Assembly (NCBI GenBank): GCA_036172245.1
Contig: JAYWIR010000003.1
Span: 3,596,001-3,660,000, forward strand
Source: Raillietiella orientalis
Lineage: Eukaryota
DNA length: 64,000 bases
Direction of reading: 5' to 3'
The notes beneath the pieces were generated by a model. The model made no database searches, was not told the DNA's origin, and saw nothing but the letters and a program-made list of their open reading frames with translations. Shown here one piece after another: positions 37,781-50,150 of this stretch (within the stretch, counting starts at the first letter, position 1; the number at the start of each line of letters is the position of its first letter). A program made the position numbers and the translations under genes.

Positions 37781-40234
37781 CCGAGGGCTCCCTCCTGTGC
37801 CAAAGCCAACATTCCCCATCCACCCCTTCCTCCTTCCCCTGTCCGTGGCGAGGTGGCGGTCCTGTCCTCGCGCGTGCCCTCTACAGAAAAAGACATATTT
37901 TTTGTTGCACAAAGCAGAAAGTCTTTGTGCTGAGGTCGGGAGAGACCGGAGGGGGGAAGGTATCCCCCACCCCTTTCGGCGGGAAATCTTGCGGGACTTC
38001 CTCCCGGATGCTGCTCCCGCAGCCGCCGGCATACTCCTCTGCCCTCGTCATCCACGGCAACGCCTGCCTGCCACCTGAAAGTGCTGGCTGCCCACTTCCT
38101 GCTGCCATTGCTACACCTTCCCCTTATCCTCCCCCCCTCCCGTTCCCTACTCCATCCTATCCCGAGGGAGAGGCCCTGGAAAGGGGCACACTCTCCTTAC
38201 TGAGACCTCCCGAAGTTCCTTAGGGGAAGCGATACGGGTGCTCCCGGTGGAGAGATCGGCTCATCCAGCTGCTCCTAGTACTGTCCTCGATGCTGCCCTC
38301 GAGCTCTTCACCAAAGGACGGATTCCTTGCGATGGACCATCCCTGGGGGCGGCTGGTCCGGGTCTCTTGCCGTCTTCCTGCTCTCCTCCACCCGCAGCGC
38401 CATCCATGGAGGACGGGAGGCTACATACTCCTCCCCTTCCTCGTCGCCATCATCCGTTCCTTTCCTCTCCCCCCTCCTCGCGTCTCCAGGCTGCTCGAGC
38501 GCCTGGGAGCCGGGGAAAGTTGTTCCTCCGGGAGAAGCGTTTGGGAACGCCTCACGGAAGTCGCTTCTCGGCTCCTTTCCTCCCGTATCCCGCGGGGAGA
38601 CTCCCGACTGCTTCCCTGCTCCCGACCGAGCTCTCCAGCAATGCGTGGGAGGGCAGTGCGGAGCAGCTGGCCAGGAGGGCGGCACAGCGCCCGACACCGT
38701 GTTTCTCCTCTGACGATGACACGCACCCTGGTCTTCCGGGAATGTCGGCTCGCAGCTGCCACCCGAAGGCGCACTTCTTCGCGGAAGCACCTCTGTCTCC
38801 CGCGCGTTTTCTCCAGATTCCGGGATCAAGGAGTCCTGGTTTTCGAAGAGGGGGGCAAAAGGGGACGAGGTGGGGAGACGAAGGAATGCAGACCTCTTCC
38901 CGGAAGTCTGTCCGGGAGGGAAGCTCAATCCTCTTTCGAAGGGCCCCCAATGAGCAGGAAGAGCAGTTCTCCTGCCTAAAAGGGATCCTTTCTGGGAACT
39001 CCAGCCGTGCGCGTTTCCGGAATCATCCAAGTTCGCGGGAAGTCCGCCAGGCGGCGGGGAAGCTACCTCGTTCCTTCTCTCTTTCCCACCTCCCCTTCTC
39101 ATCCTCCTTCGTTCCGTGTGCCCATATTCCTCCTCTTCTCCTTCTTTGAGTTTCCCGTTCTCTGCTGCTCCCCTTGTCGCTTGCGGACAGCTCTGCAGAA
39201 GTGGGGGCGGTAGCGCCAACTCCCGGACATCTCGGGAACGCAGGAGGATTCCAGTTTCAAGAGGTCCGCCACTAGATGGGAGAGCAGTGCGCTCGGGCCA
39301 TCGATCTCCGAGAACTGCGTCTCCACAGAGGGCGCAAGCGGAACAGAAGATTTTCGAGGGAGCGAGGAAGCTCCTCCTCCCTTCCTGGCGCCCGAGGGCG
39401 CATCTGAAATTCTTGCGCACTCGGAGACACCCTGCCTCCCTTCTTCACCTCCTCCGTGATCGCCCCAGGAACAACCACGACTCACCACTTCCCAATTTGG
39501 CGGGAGGCCATCCCTTCGTTCTGCATCAGGGAGAAAAGGGAATCGAGGGAGGAGGAGGCTGCAAGGAAGAACGTCTACGGTTGTCTTGGAGATTCCTGCG
39601 GAAAGTACTCCGATTGAGGGAGGGTCGCCCGGAATGGGGAGGAAGAGGAAGAGTGCGCTCCCGGTTTCTCCCCAGATGGCGAAGGTAGTCTTCAAGGTGT
39701 CCAGCAGGAGCCGAGGAAGCCGAGTCTCAGAGACCGTTCAGGAGCGTCCCATCGGCGTCCTGGTGGGAAATGGTGGGATCTGCGGCTTCACTTCTGGAAC
39801 AGCGACACCCTCAAGCGCTTCGTGGCCCTCTCCAGAACCCAGGGCAGGGAGGTTTCAGGGGTTGCTGCTCCTGGCGTCGCTTCTTGACTCCTCCCCGAAC
39901 CGGACCGCCTGCGCCTTCCTTGGGAGGGCTAAGCGGGATTGCGGGATGCCCGGAAGCTCGAGGTCCATCCTCTGGGGCCACCGCGAAGACGCGCGACGCT
40001 CCGGCATCCCCGTCTTCCCCTTGCCATCACAGAAGCGCGAGATTCCCGGAAAGTTCCTTCGGCACTGCCACCGTCTGCCCTCTTCCTCCGGAGGCTGCCT
40101 GGAAATGTCAACCCACACCAAGGGGGTGTAACTCGACCCTCGTTTTCCGAGGAGGCACGGGGGAAGAGGGAAGAGTCAGCACCGCTCCTCCAGTAGGGAG
40201 GTCGGTGCTCTAGGACCAGGGAGGCTTTTCTCCT

Positions 40235-41545
40235 GTATACGCCGGGGCGTTTATTTTAGTAAAAATAAACATTTACAGAAAACTGTGGTTGGAGTTCCGG
40301 GAACTTGCCAGGTTTCCGGTTCGCAGACCAGTGAGGTCCACCATGGCGGCAGAGGGAGGGGGCAAAGAAAAAGAAAAAGAAATAAACTTTAGGGGGAGGG
40401 GGTCCGGGAAGGGATCACTGTCTACTGGAGGCAAGGATGCCAGCAAGCTCTTGTCGCATACTGTCCTTCAGGCGGATCCATCTCGCTCCCATCCTCATGA
40501 ATCGGACGGCAAAGTGAATGGCATCCCTGTCCCTGTGCCCTCCTCTTGCGTCGCTCCAGGCAGCGCAGGTCCCGAGTAGGCAGCAGAGAGCAGCCAGTGA
40601 GGCTGCCTGCCGAAGGGTGTCGCGAACGAGGAGGGATTTTAAAGCGTCCCTGGAGTTGCCACCGGGGGTTCCTAGGGTCGCAGCAAAGCGTTCCCAGAAG
40701 GATCGGAGGGTAACACAGTCCCTGCCACAGTTGTGGTCCACCTCCTTCCCTCGTGTGATGCCGGGGGAAGGAGCTGATGCCCGCGGGCTTTGCACGGGAA
40801 GCCCCATTGTGCAGCAGCATCAAAGCAGACTCCTCCCAGTTCAAAGGGAGAGTGTGTCTGTGCAAAAACACTGGGGGCAGCTGCAGATCTTCTCCAGCAG
40901 CTCGCCCCAGAGCAAAAGTCCTTGAGGTGGTGGGGCCCTCGGGGTCGCATGATTCGTAAGCTGGCCCATCGTCCACTCTCCCACTGCTAGAGATATTCGC
41001 ATTAACTTCCCATCTAGCCGCAAGGCTGCTGTCCATGTGTTCCCTGAGGAAGGGAAGCTCTGCAGAGAGGGAGATTCTTCCTGCTCACGCACTTTTCATT
41101 AGATCTTCCAGAATCTCCCTAAACGAGCAGTTGTTGTGAAAACAGTGCAGCAAGCGCTGCGCCTGCTCCGAGCATAGCTGGTTGTGCTTCGCCCATGTGT
41201 GAACGGTTCCTTGCAACCAGGCACTACCGTTCGTGGGGCGGCACGAGATCCAGCTTATGTTCTCCCTGGTGAGCGTGGTCACCCTCCGAAGCTGCACTCC
41301 ACAGTGAGAGATGTTGCGGGGACGGCTCTCAAGGAAGGACACAACTGCCCCTCTGCTTATGGTCTGCTCTACGAGGAGGCGCGCAGAACGCACCAGGTGG
41401 TGCTCCACAACTGTGCCACAAGGGAAAGCATCCGAAATTGGAGATGAAGCTCCAGTCGCTCCTGAGCCAGGAGGCCGAGACCGCCGTCCCAAAGCGGAGC
41501 GCACAAGCCCTTCAGGCGAACTCGGGACCTCCCCTTGCCACAAAG
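40235..41545 (-). mobile_element. Same Tx1/L1-like LINE family, frameshifted (copy C)
   Basis: WISCRPTNGSAWLQGTVHTWAKHN matches copy B WMVCSPANSSAWLEESVGTWAKLN. WGELLEKI and LPLNWEESALMLLH match WGELLGIP and LPLKWQESAPLLLH. RQAASLAALCCLLGTCAAWS matches EPAAALAALCCIDGIVAAWS. The 3'UTR ends AATAAACGCCCCGGCGTATAC. Confidence 0.8.
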
Positions 41546-43809
41546 GGAGATCCTCAGGAGATCCTTTGTCCTCTAGGACCAGGGAAGAAGGAAGGTAGAT
41601 AGTAGGATCTCTTCTTCCTCCCTTTCTCCTCCTCCTCCCTCTCCTTTTCTCCTACTCTCTGCCTCCCTACCCCGATGGAGCGTCCGGGTGTGGCAGACGC
41701 CGGGGCCGCCGGGAAGTGAGATGGGGAGAGGAAAGAGGAGAACCAGGCGGCTGTCAAGCAAAAGGGAGCAGTGAAGAAGTGACGACTGGAGAGAGAATAC
41801 CCGGAAGAGATCGCTCGGGAATTGCCTGCACCCATGGCGGTCACCGAACAAGGAAGATCGGGGAGGGTCCCACGCAGGGAGACGCGAAGCCGCTTAGGCA
41901 GTCGCAAGGCAGCTTGAAAATCTTTCTTCTTCCCTCCCTGCGCTCACACGAAGGCTGCTGGTCAGACGAGTCGAGGGAAGCTCGGGGACACTCCTGGGGC
42001 AGTCCTGTAAGCGCCATTACGCGGTCGGGAGGACGTCCTCTGTCCTATCAGAGAGACGAGAAGGAGGCTGATTCTCCCTCACGCTACTCTTCCGACTCAC
42101 GCCACGACCTTCTTCTCGTCTTCCCTTCACCCCACTCGCCTCTGACTTCCTCGGCACACCCCCTCTCCTGCCAGAAAACAGCCTCTCCTCGCCGTCCTGA
42201 GGGAGTGCCCAGGCACGCAGAGAAGCTGAGGGTTGAGAGAGGGGTCGATTGGCCCGTCCGCTCCCGAGCTCGCTCGCTGCTCCCCTTTGAGGGTGACTTT
42301 TCCCTTACCGCGGATAGAATTCGCGCCTCCAACCCTTCCCTTTGGCCGCCTCCCATCAACCGTCAGCGTCTTTGCTGACGTGGTCGGAAACAGCCCGCAC
42401 CGAGGAGGCCCCTTTGAATCCTTCCGCGCTCGCAACTCGGTGCCACATCGCGACGCAGTCTCAGACTTCTCAGCCATCAGTCCTCCCCCCACCGGAAGTG
42501 ACCGGCGTTTTCTCATTTTCACAGCATTCCCTCTCGTTTTCCGAGAGGGAATTCTCCTCCCCGAGCCCCAGGGGTGAGAAAAGATGTGTAGACACAACGA
42601 CATTCAATCCGCTGCTTCCCCTGGGCGACATGCACGACCTCCGTTGTCTACCCACAGACCACTCTGTTCTTTACCAGGAGGTTAGCAAGGCTTCGTCTTC
42701 TCAATAGCGAGCGCATCCTTGGTCTCTTCCCGAAGTGTGAGGTCATTGGTTATTGCCGTCGGTAGCGGAAAAGGCGCTTAAGGTCAGGACCATCTGAAAC
42801 AGGGATTTCCAGGAGCCTCCTCGCTGAACCTCTCGTGTTGCTGCGACCTTGTTTCGAGTGGGCAATGGGTCTGCGATGTTGCAGATCTTCCTCGCTGCAT
42901 TTCTGGGATCCCCCTGCATCCCGGAAGTCTCAGGGAGGCATCGGAATCTCCGGTTACCACCGACCCTGCGAGGAATCCACGAGTTGCTTGTGCTTCAGGA
43001 GTCAAGAAGACCCGTGTCTTCAGCGGCGCCCACCTACCGACCCAGTGGGACCGTGGGACCACCATCCAGAAACAGCGCCGATTAAGGACGGGGCCACGAT
43101 GAGCGGCGCGCGCACTTCCACTTCGCCCTTCCTTCTGTCCCTTCCCTACCGGTATCCAGGAAGTGGCAGCTTCTACCTTCGTCTCCCGTTTCATCTCTTC
43201 CTCTTTTCCCTTCTTCATCCTCTCTTCCTCCTTCTCTCCTCCTCCTCTCGCGTGCTCCTTATCCCGGAAGAGCTTTTCCCACGCAGAACTCACCTACTCG
43301 CGGAGCGCCTCCGGGTTTATTTTCCCATGCGGCTTGCGAGGTTCTCACGAGTTCCCGTGGGCGCGCCGCTTTCACGGGCGGCAGCTCGGGCACGCGAAAG
43401 CGGAGCAAACCTCCTCCTTCAAGTGCTCCTCCCCCTTCGTAGTGATGCCACACCTGCTGATTCGCTCAGGAAGTCTTCTGAGACCTCTCAACGGCATCCG
43501 CGTCGCATGATCTGCCCACTGGCCACTTTCCCTAGACCTCTTCCTCCGGAGTCTGTGCCACGGGATGCAGACGATGGCGCATTCCTTTAGCGAGCCACCG
43601 ATCACGGGGATCGGGGGATCCCAGAGGCTATGCCGCCAACGTGCAGGACGGTAGTGCCATCTGTCCTCCGTGGCCGGGAGCGGCTTTCCACCGCCAGCAA
43701 TTGGCGAAGTCTGCAGCGGGCACTGCGCGGGACCCTACTACGTTGTTGAGGTGCGCAGCACCCGCGCGCTACTCCCGTTGGGCGTCGCCAGGCTGAGCTG
43801 AGCTCCCAG

Positions 43810-44200
43810 CTCTCGAGCGCGGTCGTCCTGGAAGCAGGGACACTGATCATGCATCGGAGGGCAGGCGCTCGTAGACTTGGACCACCAACACTTTCGTCTT
43901 CGCTCTTATCCGGGGATGGACAGTGGACGGAGGCAGCCTCTTCTATGTCGCTCCACGACCTCGCGGACGACTGCTTGGGTTCCCCGGCGCTCGGTCGCGT
44001 GCCAAGCCCGGGAATCTCTCCGGGAACAGCCCCGAGGTTTCCTCTGGCTGGGCAGGTGATCAGCATCGTGAGGGAGGTTAGACGAAAACCACACGGTTCA
44101 TTACAGAGAAACAGACACCTGACCTTCTCAGACAGAAGGCAAAGCTTTCTCCAGAGTCCACAACTCTTCGGGAATGTCCTCTTGAGGGTTAGCGACTCCA
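43810..44200 (+). mobile_element. Decayed LINE RT fragment (CR1/Jockey/I group)
   Basis: LSSAVVLEAG...RLGPPTLS (cf. GVPQGSVLGPTLF), LHDLADDCL (cf. LFADDCL) and LAGQVISIVREVR...RHLTFSD (cf. LxGxxIxxVxEVKxLG...LTFxxH). Confidence 0.5.
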
Positions 44201-47200
44201 AAACCGAGCCACCCCCAACGAGCAGGAGAGGCAGAAGAACACGGTTTCCTGGATTCCCCAACGTCCAGGACTGGGGGGGAGAAGATGAGTCTACTGGTCC
44301 AGGCGGGCTTGTCCGCCGACAGTGGTTCCAAGCACCTCTCGGACCCGGAAACTCAGACTGGGAGGCTCGGCTGCCCTTCTCCTGCGGGCGGGGTGGAATG
44401 CCCGAGGCATCCCTGTACGGATCGTCCTTTCTAGACTCCTTGATGAACGAGGGCATCCTCTTCCCGCTTATACATGTTGACTTTCAAAATCAAAGTCCCC
44501 ATAGGGTCTTCTCGTTTGGGATTCCCGGGCCATTTATTTAAAATAAATAAAGAAATAAACAAAATTCGTGCGGTAAGGAAGGGGTTGACACGGGCCGACC
44601 CAGGACGAAAAGGCGGGGCGGCTAGGGATCGACTCAGGGGTGAGGGGAGGGAGAGGAGGGAAGGCCAATAAGCAAGTAGGATTGGAAGTGGGGTGCACCG
44701 ACTCTGTGCCGGTGGATGCGATACCTCGATGGCTTGCGTCGGAAAGGGACAGAAGAGAAGGGATGAAGCCGACCGTCTTTGGTTTCGAGCCACTTTGGTC
44801 ACTGTCCATCCCGAGGAATCCTCGCAGCTCGCACGCTTCGTCGGGGCATTTCGACTCCCCTTCGCATGAAGGGTGGGGAGAGAATGCCAGAGGCACTACT
44901 GGACGGGATCTGGACGCTTCGCGAGCTTGGGCGGTCACTGCTGCTCACCCGGGGCGAAGAATCACCACATGGGACGTGGACGGAAGGCACGGAGCCCACG
45001 GGGCAGCGCCAGAACGGGTGCTGCGTCCCTGCCGTAGCCCACCGCATTCCTAGAGCATACAAGTAAGGTCCCGAGGCTGGGGACCTCCCCCACCCGAGAC
45101 GTGGTGACGCTGTTCGTCTCGGAGGCCTCAGCGCGCCGGCAAGATGGCGGTCGGTTCATCTGGCGTTCATCTCCCCATCTGGCGGAACGCGTTCTCATTC
45201 CGCCAGATGGGAAGGCGTGCCGTCCGCATCCTTGACCTTCCAGGTCCTTTTGGAGGTCGAGTGCAAGCAAGGGGGGTCCTGGTGTCAGCAGCGACTCCCC
45301 TCAGGAATCGAAGCCGCCACTCCTGCAGGCGTTTCTGAAACGGGGTTCGCAGTCCCGTGCGCGGCGTCAGTTCCTCTAAGGACAAGAAGGAGTACCACCA
45401 ACAGCCCTGCCGCCCTTCGGCAATTTTTCGGATCTCCCGGTCTCGAGATCTCAAGTATCTCGCTCAGTTTCCAGGGAGGTTGTGCCCTTGGAGACGGGGA
45501 TCGGTCGCTGCATGCAACGGGCCCGCAGGTGTACGCTCGCGGGCGCTTCCCCGAGGGTGTTTTGGGAGAGCAGACCGCGCAACACGGGAGAAAGGAATGC
45601 GCAAATGCAGTCACCTCGTGGGCGGAAGGCCGGCAGCGCCCCTGGCATCGGGTGCCACGCCCACGATTCCCCGCTCGCCGAGACGACACGGAGAACGGTT
45701 CGACACTGCGTGACCCTCTTTCCGCGGCACATTTGACCAGACATGTGTGCCGCCCGTGAGGATCACCGGCATGATCCCGACATGAACCCGTCCACCCTCC
45801 TCCGGGGGTGGACTTGTCCCCCGTCCTAGAAGAACAAGGTGCAGGGCCCCATGTGAAAGACCGACGGCAAGGGCATGGAGCCGTCCGAGCACAAGGTCAG
45901 CTATTCGGTTCCCATGCTGACGATGGCCAGCGGTGCGATCCAGCACTGCTGACCCCTTTCCTTCGCCTTTCCCCTCTTGGCGCAGGGGAGGAGGAGGGGC
46001 AACCGATCCATTTTGTCCCCTCGCCTCTGCAGCGCAAAAGCGACGGTGACCCTCAGCCTGATTTTCCCTGAGGTTGCACTTCCTCCGAGACGCCATCCCA
46101 CAGCTTTCCCGGGAGGGTAGGGCGGAAGAGGTCATCTCCCAGGTCCCGGGTCTCGTCTCTCCATGAACCGTCCGTCGCAGCTTCTCCAGGCCCAGTTGTT
46201 CCCGTCGGCCGTTCAGCCACATCCGCTGGTCGTGACCTGGGGAAGAAAGGCAGGTCAGACCAGAACACTTCCCGGGATGAGGAGTCCTCGAACTGCAGTT
46301 GTTCCTGGTGCAATTTCACTGCCCCCTCCATCCTTCTCTTTTCCGATCGCGGGCGACACATCCGTATCGCTTGCGGGCAGCGGCCAGCGGAGGAAGGAAG
46401 GGGGAAGAGGGGTCACCAGATCACCTCCGAAGGTCTGGATTTTCCGAAGGGGAGGTCAGGCACAAGAAAGACCACGCTGAGAGGATTCTCCATTTATGCT
46501 CCGCTTTTCGTTCTCCCTCTCTGGCCCCTCCTAGCGGAGGGACTCACGAGCGTGGGGAAAGTGGTCCGGGAGAAGTCCCTCCCTGAGGAACGGAAAATCT
46601 CTGCCCGTCCATCCTTACGAGAGGAAGGGGAGATCTCACCCTTCCTTCACCGGGATGATCCCCGGAGTTTCCCCGCCTCCGTCGGGAAGGGTAGCAAGCA
46701 GCGACCTTCTGGATAACCGCTCACCTCACGAGCCGTTTCAGGAAGACTCTTCCTTCTGCGATGTGGTCTCACCTATCCTTGGCAGCTGAACTGGGCCAGA
46801 AAGAGCGGACGCCTGCATCTCTCAGAGGGTCGGACTTGCATGCCCACGGGTGGCCGAGCGGACGGACCCTCCTTGGTGCACTTTCCCGAAAAAGTGGATT
46901 GCTCCGGTTGCTTCCTGGTGCGCGCGCGCGTGCCTTCCAGGGCTGCTGCTTCCTGTCTGGTGTGGTGGCGGCGCCGTCAATGTGCATACGGCGCGAAGAA
47001 AGCCTGGAGAAACACAGATGGTGTTCGGACGGGAAGGAGGTTCCAGCCGGTCGCACATAGGCCGCTACAGTGGTAGCTAGAAGGCCACTGGTATCTTCAC
47101 CAAGGTTGCCCCCGGGCAGACAAGAGGAGGAGAACATTGATTTAAGCGACCTGTATACAGCAAGTGCACGAAGCGCAACAGATTTGTGTGTGCGCGAGTT

Positions 47201-47264
47201 CATGCATGCACTGAGCGTCACGTTTTTTTTTTATCAGATCGGGATTTTATGTTGTCCGCATCGG

Positions 47265-47385
47265 AGGCCGCGTGGCTGCTGAGATCCGCTCATGGCACCA
47301 GGAGTCGCGGGTTCGAGTTCCTCACCCCCCACACATAAGATGACGCTGGTTGGCCTCTATTCGGGTGCGGTACTGGTAAAGGTTC
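47265..47385 (+). mobile_element. Possible tRNA-derived SINE head
   Basis: B-box-like GGTTCGAGTTCC at about 47310, preceded by a weak A-box-like GTGGCTGCTGAG. No tRNA cloverleaf can be built. Confidence 0.25.
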
Positions 47386-47640
47386 AAACTGGATGCCCCC
47401 GATGAGTGGCCGGGATTGGGAATCGACCCTCCGGGATCCTTCCGGAGAACAGAATCAAGAAGTTCGGTTCCCTTCGGGGCTCCTCTTCGGTTGTGCAAAG
47501 GAGCCGTCCCTCCCCTCTCGTGGATGGACCTTCCGTCTCGTATCATGGAGCTTGTGGATTGATGATGATACCTCTCCAGAGTGCAGAAGAAGCGCGTCGC
47601 TCCCTTCGGGGAGCGCCTATCTGAGAAAATTCGAAAGCAT

Positions 47641-47750
47641 TCCTTCGGGGTTCTCTCCGGAGAAGAAATTCCTACTAGCGGATCCTTTACGGGTTCTCTT
47701 CGGAGAAGAAAAAATGTAGCGGACGCTTTCGGGGCTTCCTCCGGAGAGAA
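47641..47750. repeat. Degenerate tandem repeat, about 41-bp unit, about 2.7 copies
   Basis: Units 47641-47682 (TCCTTCGGGGTTCTCTCCGGAGAAGAAA...TAGCGGA), 47683-47723 (TCCTTTACGGGTTCTCTTCGGAGAAGAAA...TAGCGGA) and 47724-47750. Related words occur at 47430-47490 and 47600. Confidence 0.7.
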
Positions 47751-49899
47751 TAGAGGGGGGAGATTTCCTTTGAGGTTCCCTTAAGAGACAACCAGGGCGA
47801 AGCGTTTCCCTCGGGTATCCCTCCCCAAACGTGAGAGCCCTTTCTGGATGCATAGGGCGGCCCTCTACTGAGATACCCTCTATCTTGAAGAATTACACGC
47901 ACCCTCGGGTGGTGTGTTACAGCGTTAAAGAGCTACGTGGGCCGCCAGGCGCTCGGCGGTTCTTGAGGTACTCCTTGAGTGCCAAAAAAAGAAGAGATCC
48001 CGAAAAAAAAAAAAAAGGAAGACTAGAACGCAAAAGGATTTCCATCATCAATGCCGCTCCCCGGCATAACCGAGTGAGAAGCATCAGTGCCTCGGGGTCT
48101 AGTCGCTAGGGGATCTTGGGCGTTGCTCTCACTTGCTCTCACATGCTCAATGTGTTTTCAAGGTACAGCAGCGTTTTTCGGCCTCAGCTTCTAGTGACGA
48201 TCTCTCTCCGAATCGCTCCCTTCAGCATCTCGACAGGGTGGATCTCTCTTGCAGATTCCTTATTTTTGTCCTCATCGCAACGCCGATGATGGAGAGGGAA
48301 ATCGTTGTTCTTTACCATGAGGCTGTATCGGGCAACGTTGCCATCCCCTTCAAGCAATGCCCTGAAGATCGCGACTTGTCTGCAGACCCATTAACTCACT
48401 CAGCGTCGTCCAATCCTGGCGCAGCGTTGGGCAGGAAACGTTGCGTGCTGCTGCGTTTCCTTGGCCCCACACATTTCGCAGAGAGTTCGTCTCGAATGTT
48501 GCCCCGTCCCTCGAAGCACTCAGGATCCCCCAGTTGTGGAAGGTCGTCCTGAGCGTCTGATGGTAGGTCGCTTCTCCACACTGTCTCTCTCGAACAGCCC
48601 GCTGGTTTAGGTGCGCATCCCGCGGCAGCTGGAAGCTTTGGCAAGGACGCTGTCCATTTTTTCCTCTCGTGAGGATGGGCTTCTGGAGGTTTTCCTTCGT
48701 AAGTTTGGACCACGCGTAGCTTTTTTGGTTCTTCCAAATTTCGCGTGTCCTGTGCGTAAATCGTCTGCCTATTTCATGGTGTTAGCGGAACCGTCGCATG
48801 TGGAGACGGTTGCCCCTGGTGGCGAACTGTTCGCGACCTCCGGTTTCCAGCCTGGGCCTCTGGAGTATTCATTGCCAGTTTCCCGTGGAACAGGAAAGAA
48901 CCTGGGAGTTACCAACACCAGTTCCTCTTCCCGCACTTTGCAGCAAGGCGTCTATTTTAAAATGCCGAGTCTTCACCAGTGCCTGCTTCCTTCTCCAAAT
49001 GGGATCGATGCCACCCCGTTCCCCAGTTCTGCCAATTAGGGCTAACATCAGGCCACAGAGTTGTTCAGCAGCTTCGAGTTGGTTCTGAGCGCCGCAAACG
49101 GTCACGTGACCCAGCCTTCGGCTAGTTCCAGGAGTTGTCGCGCATTCATGATTTGCGCGGAGTGTTCTAGCGAATTCATCCCGGTCTCATCTCCATCACT
49201 CGGGCGATACAAGAGTTTGAACCGCACCCGCGGTATCTTCACCAAGGAGAGAGCAACAACTTTGAAATTGCCTTCTGCTGTTGGTCTGTGCTGTCTTTTT
49301 ACTTGATATTTGATCAACGTTTCTGCTAACTCTTCAGTGTTTCCAACTACCGATGCCTTGTGCGTTCACGGAATTGGGCCGCACGAACCTGTTGGTTTGT
49401 GCTGCCCAATTTTGAGGCCCAACGAAATTGGGCGTTTAACGTGCATTTGCATAACAGTTAATGTTCTCTGTCACACTCGTCTGTGCACAGTGGTCTTTGC
49501 CCTTGTGTTGCGTGGCCTCAGTTGTTCTTTGGATATCCTTTCTGTCAACATTTGCTCTAAAGATTTTAACATCAGATTGTTCCATGCTTGTCCCTCTGTT
49601 CATACGACCGAAGAAGGTGATAATGTTCCCGTCCCAGAGTCTGATTTTGCGGTCATGCCTAGAAGCAAATGCTGTTGCATGGGTGCCTGTAGCAGTGCTC
49701 TTGAACCATATTTAATTTATTGATCGATTGCCCTTTAAGGAACTCTCTACTGTGCAGTACCCTTCAACTTTTGTTCTTGAAGAGCAAGAACTATGAAAAG
49801 CTCTGTTTCCTCGAGCAAGGTTACGTAGGAACTCGCTTAATTCTGAACCCTGCTCAATGTACTCCATTCTACTTTGCCGTTGCTCCATCCCAGGAAAGG

Positions 49900-50150
49900 G
49901 ATGCCTCGAGCGATGCATACGTGACTCCCTTAAGCCAGTCCTTAGTGAAACGGGGGAACATCCACGAAAACCATCTGGTTCCTATGCCAGATGTCTACGG
50001 GAAGAACGTCGATGAAGCCATTTTAAAGTTTCGACTGATTGCCGATTATACACAAGCTTATTCACGTGGTGAAGCCGTCTTCTTACGGGCAAATTAATAG
50101 AGTGCAAATTGGACAACAAGCTGCATATAGAATCTTAGGTGTCTGCAGAT
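49900..50150 (+). mobile_element. Possible decayed LINE RT N-terminal fragment
   Basis: DAYVTP...VYGK, IADYTQAYSR (cf. FxDxxKAFDxV) and, after a frameshift, KLIECKLDNKLHIES (cf. KLxxxGIxGKLLxxIES). Confidence 0.3.

Noticed and set aside
47265..47335. tRNA gene
   Set aside because: There is only a B-box-like GGTTCGAG; acceptor, D and anticodon stems cannot be paired.
47641..47750. CRISPR array
   Set aside because: There are fewer than three degenerate units, no unique spacers and no cas genes, and the context is eukaryotic.
49300..49700. WD40-like (HDRKIRLWD, SKDFNIRLF) or APE endonuclease-like (DFNI, RHDR, YRP) motifs
   Set aside because: Similar-looking motifs appear on both strands of the same DNA and their spacing is inconsistent, which indicates over-reading. 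An HMM search is needed.
49080..49710. Minus-strand frame interrupted only by TGA codons (alternative genetic code or selenoprotein)
   Set aside because: The translation resembles no protein I know, it ends in TGA-TGT-TAG, and the neighbouring genes use the standard code.
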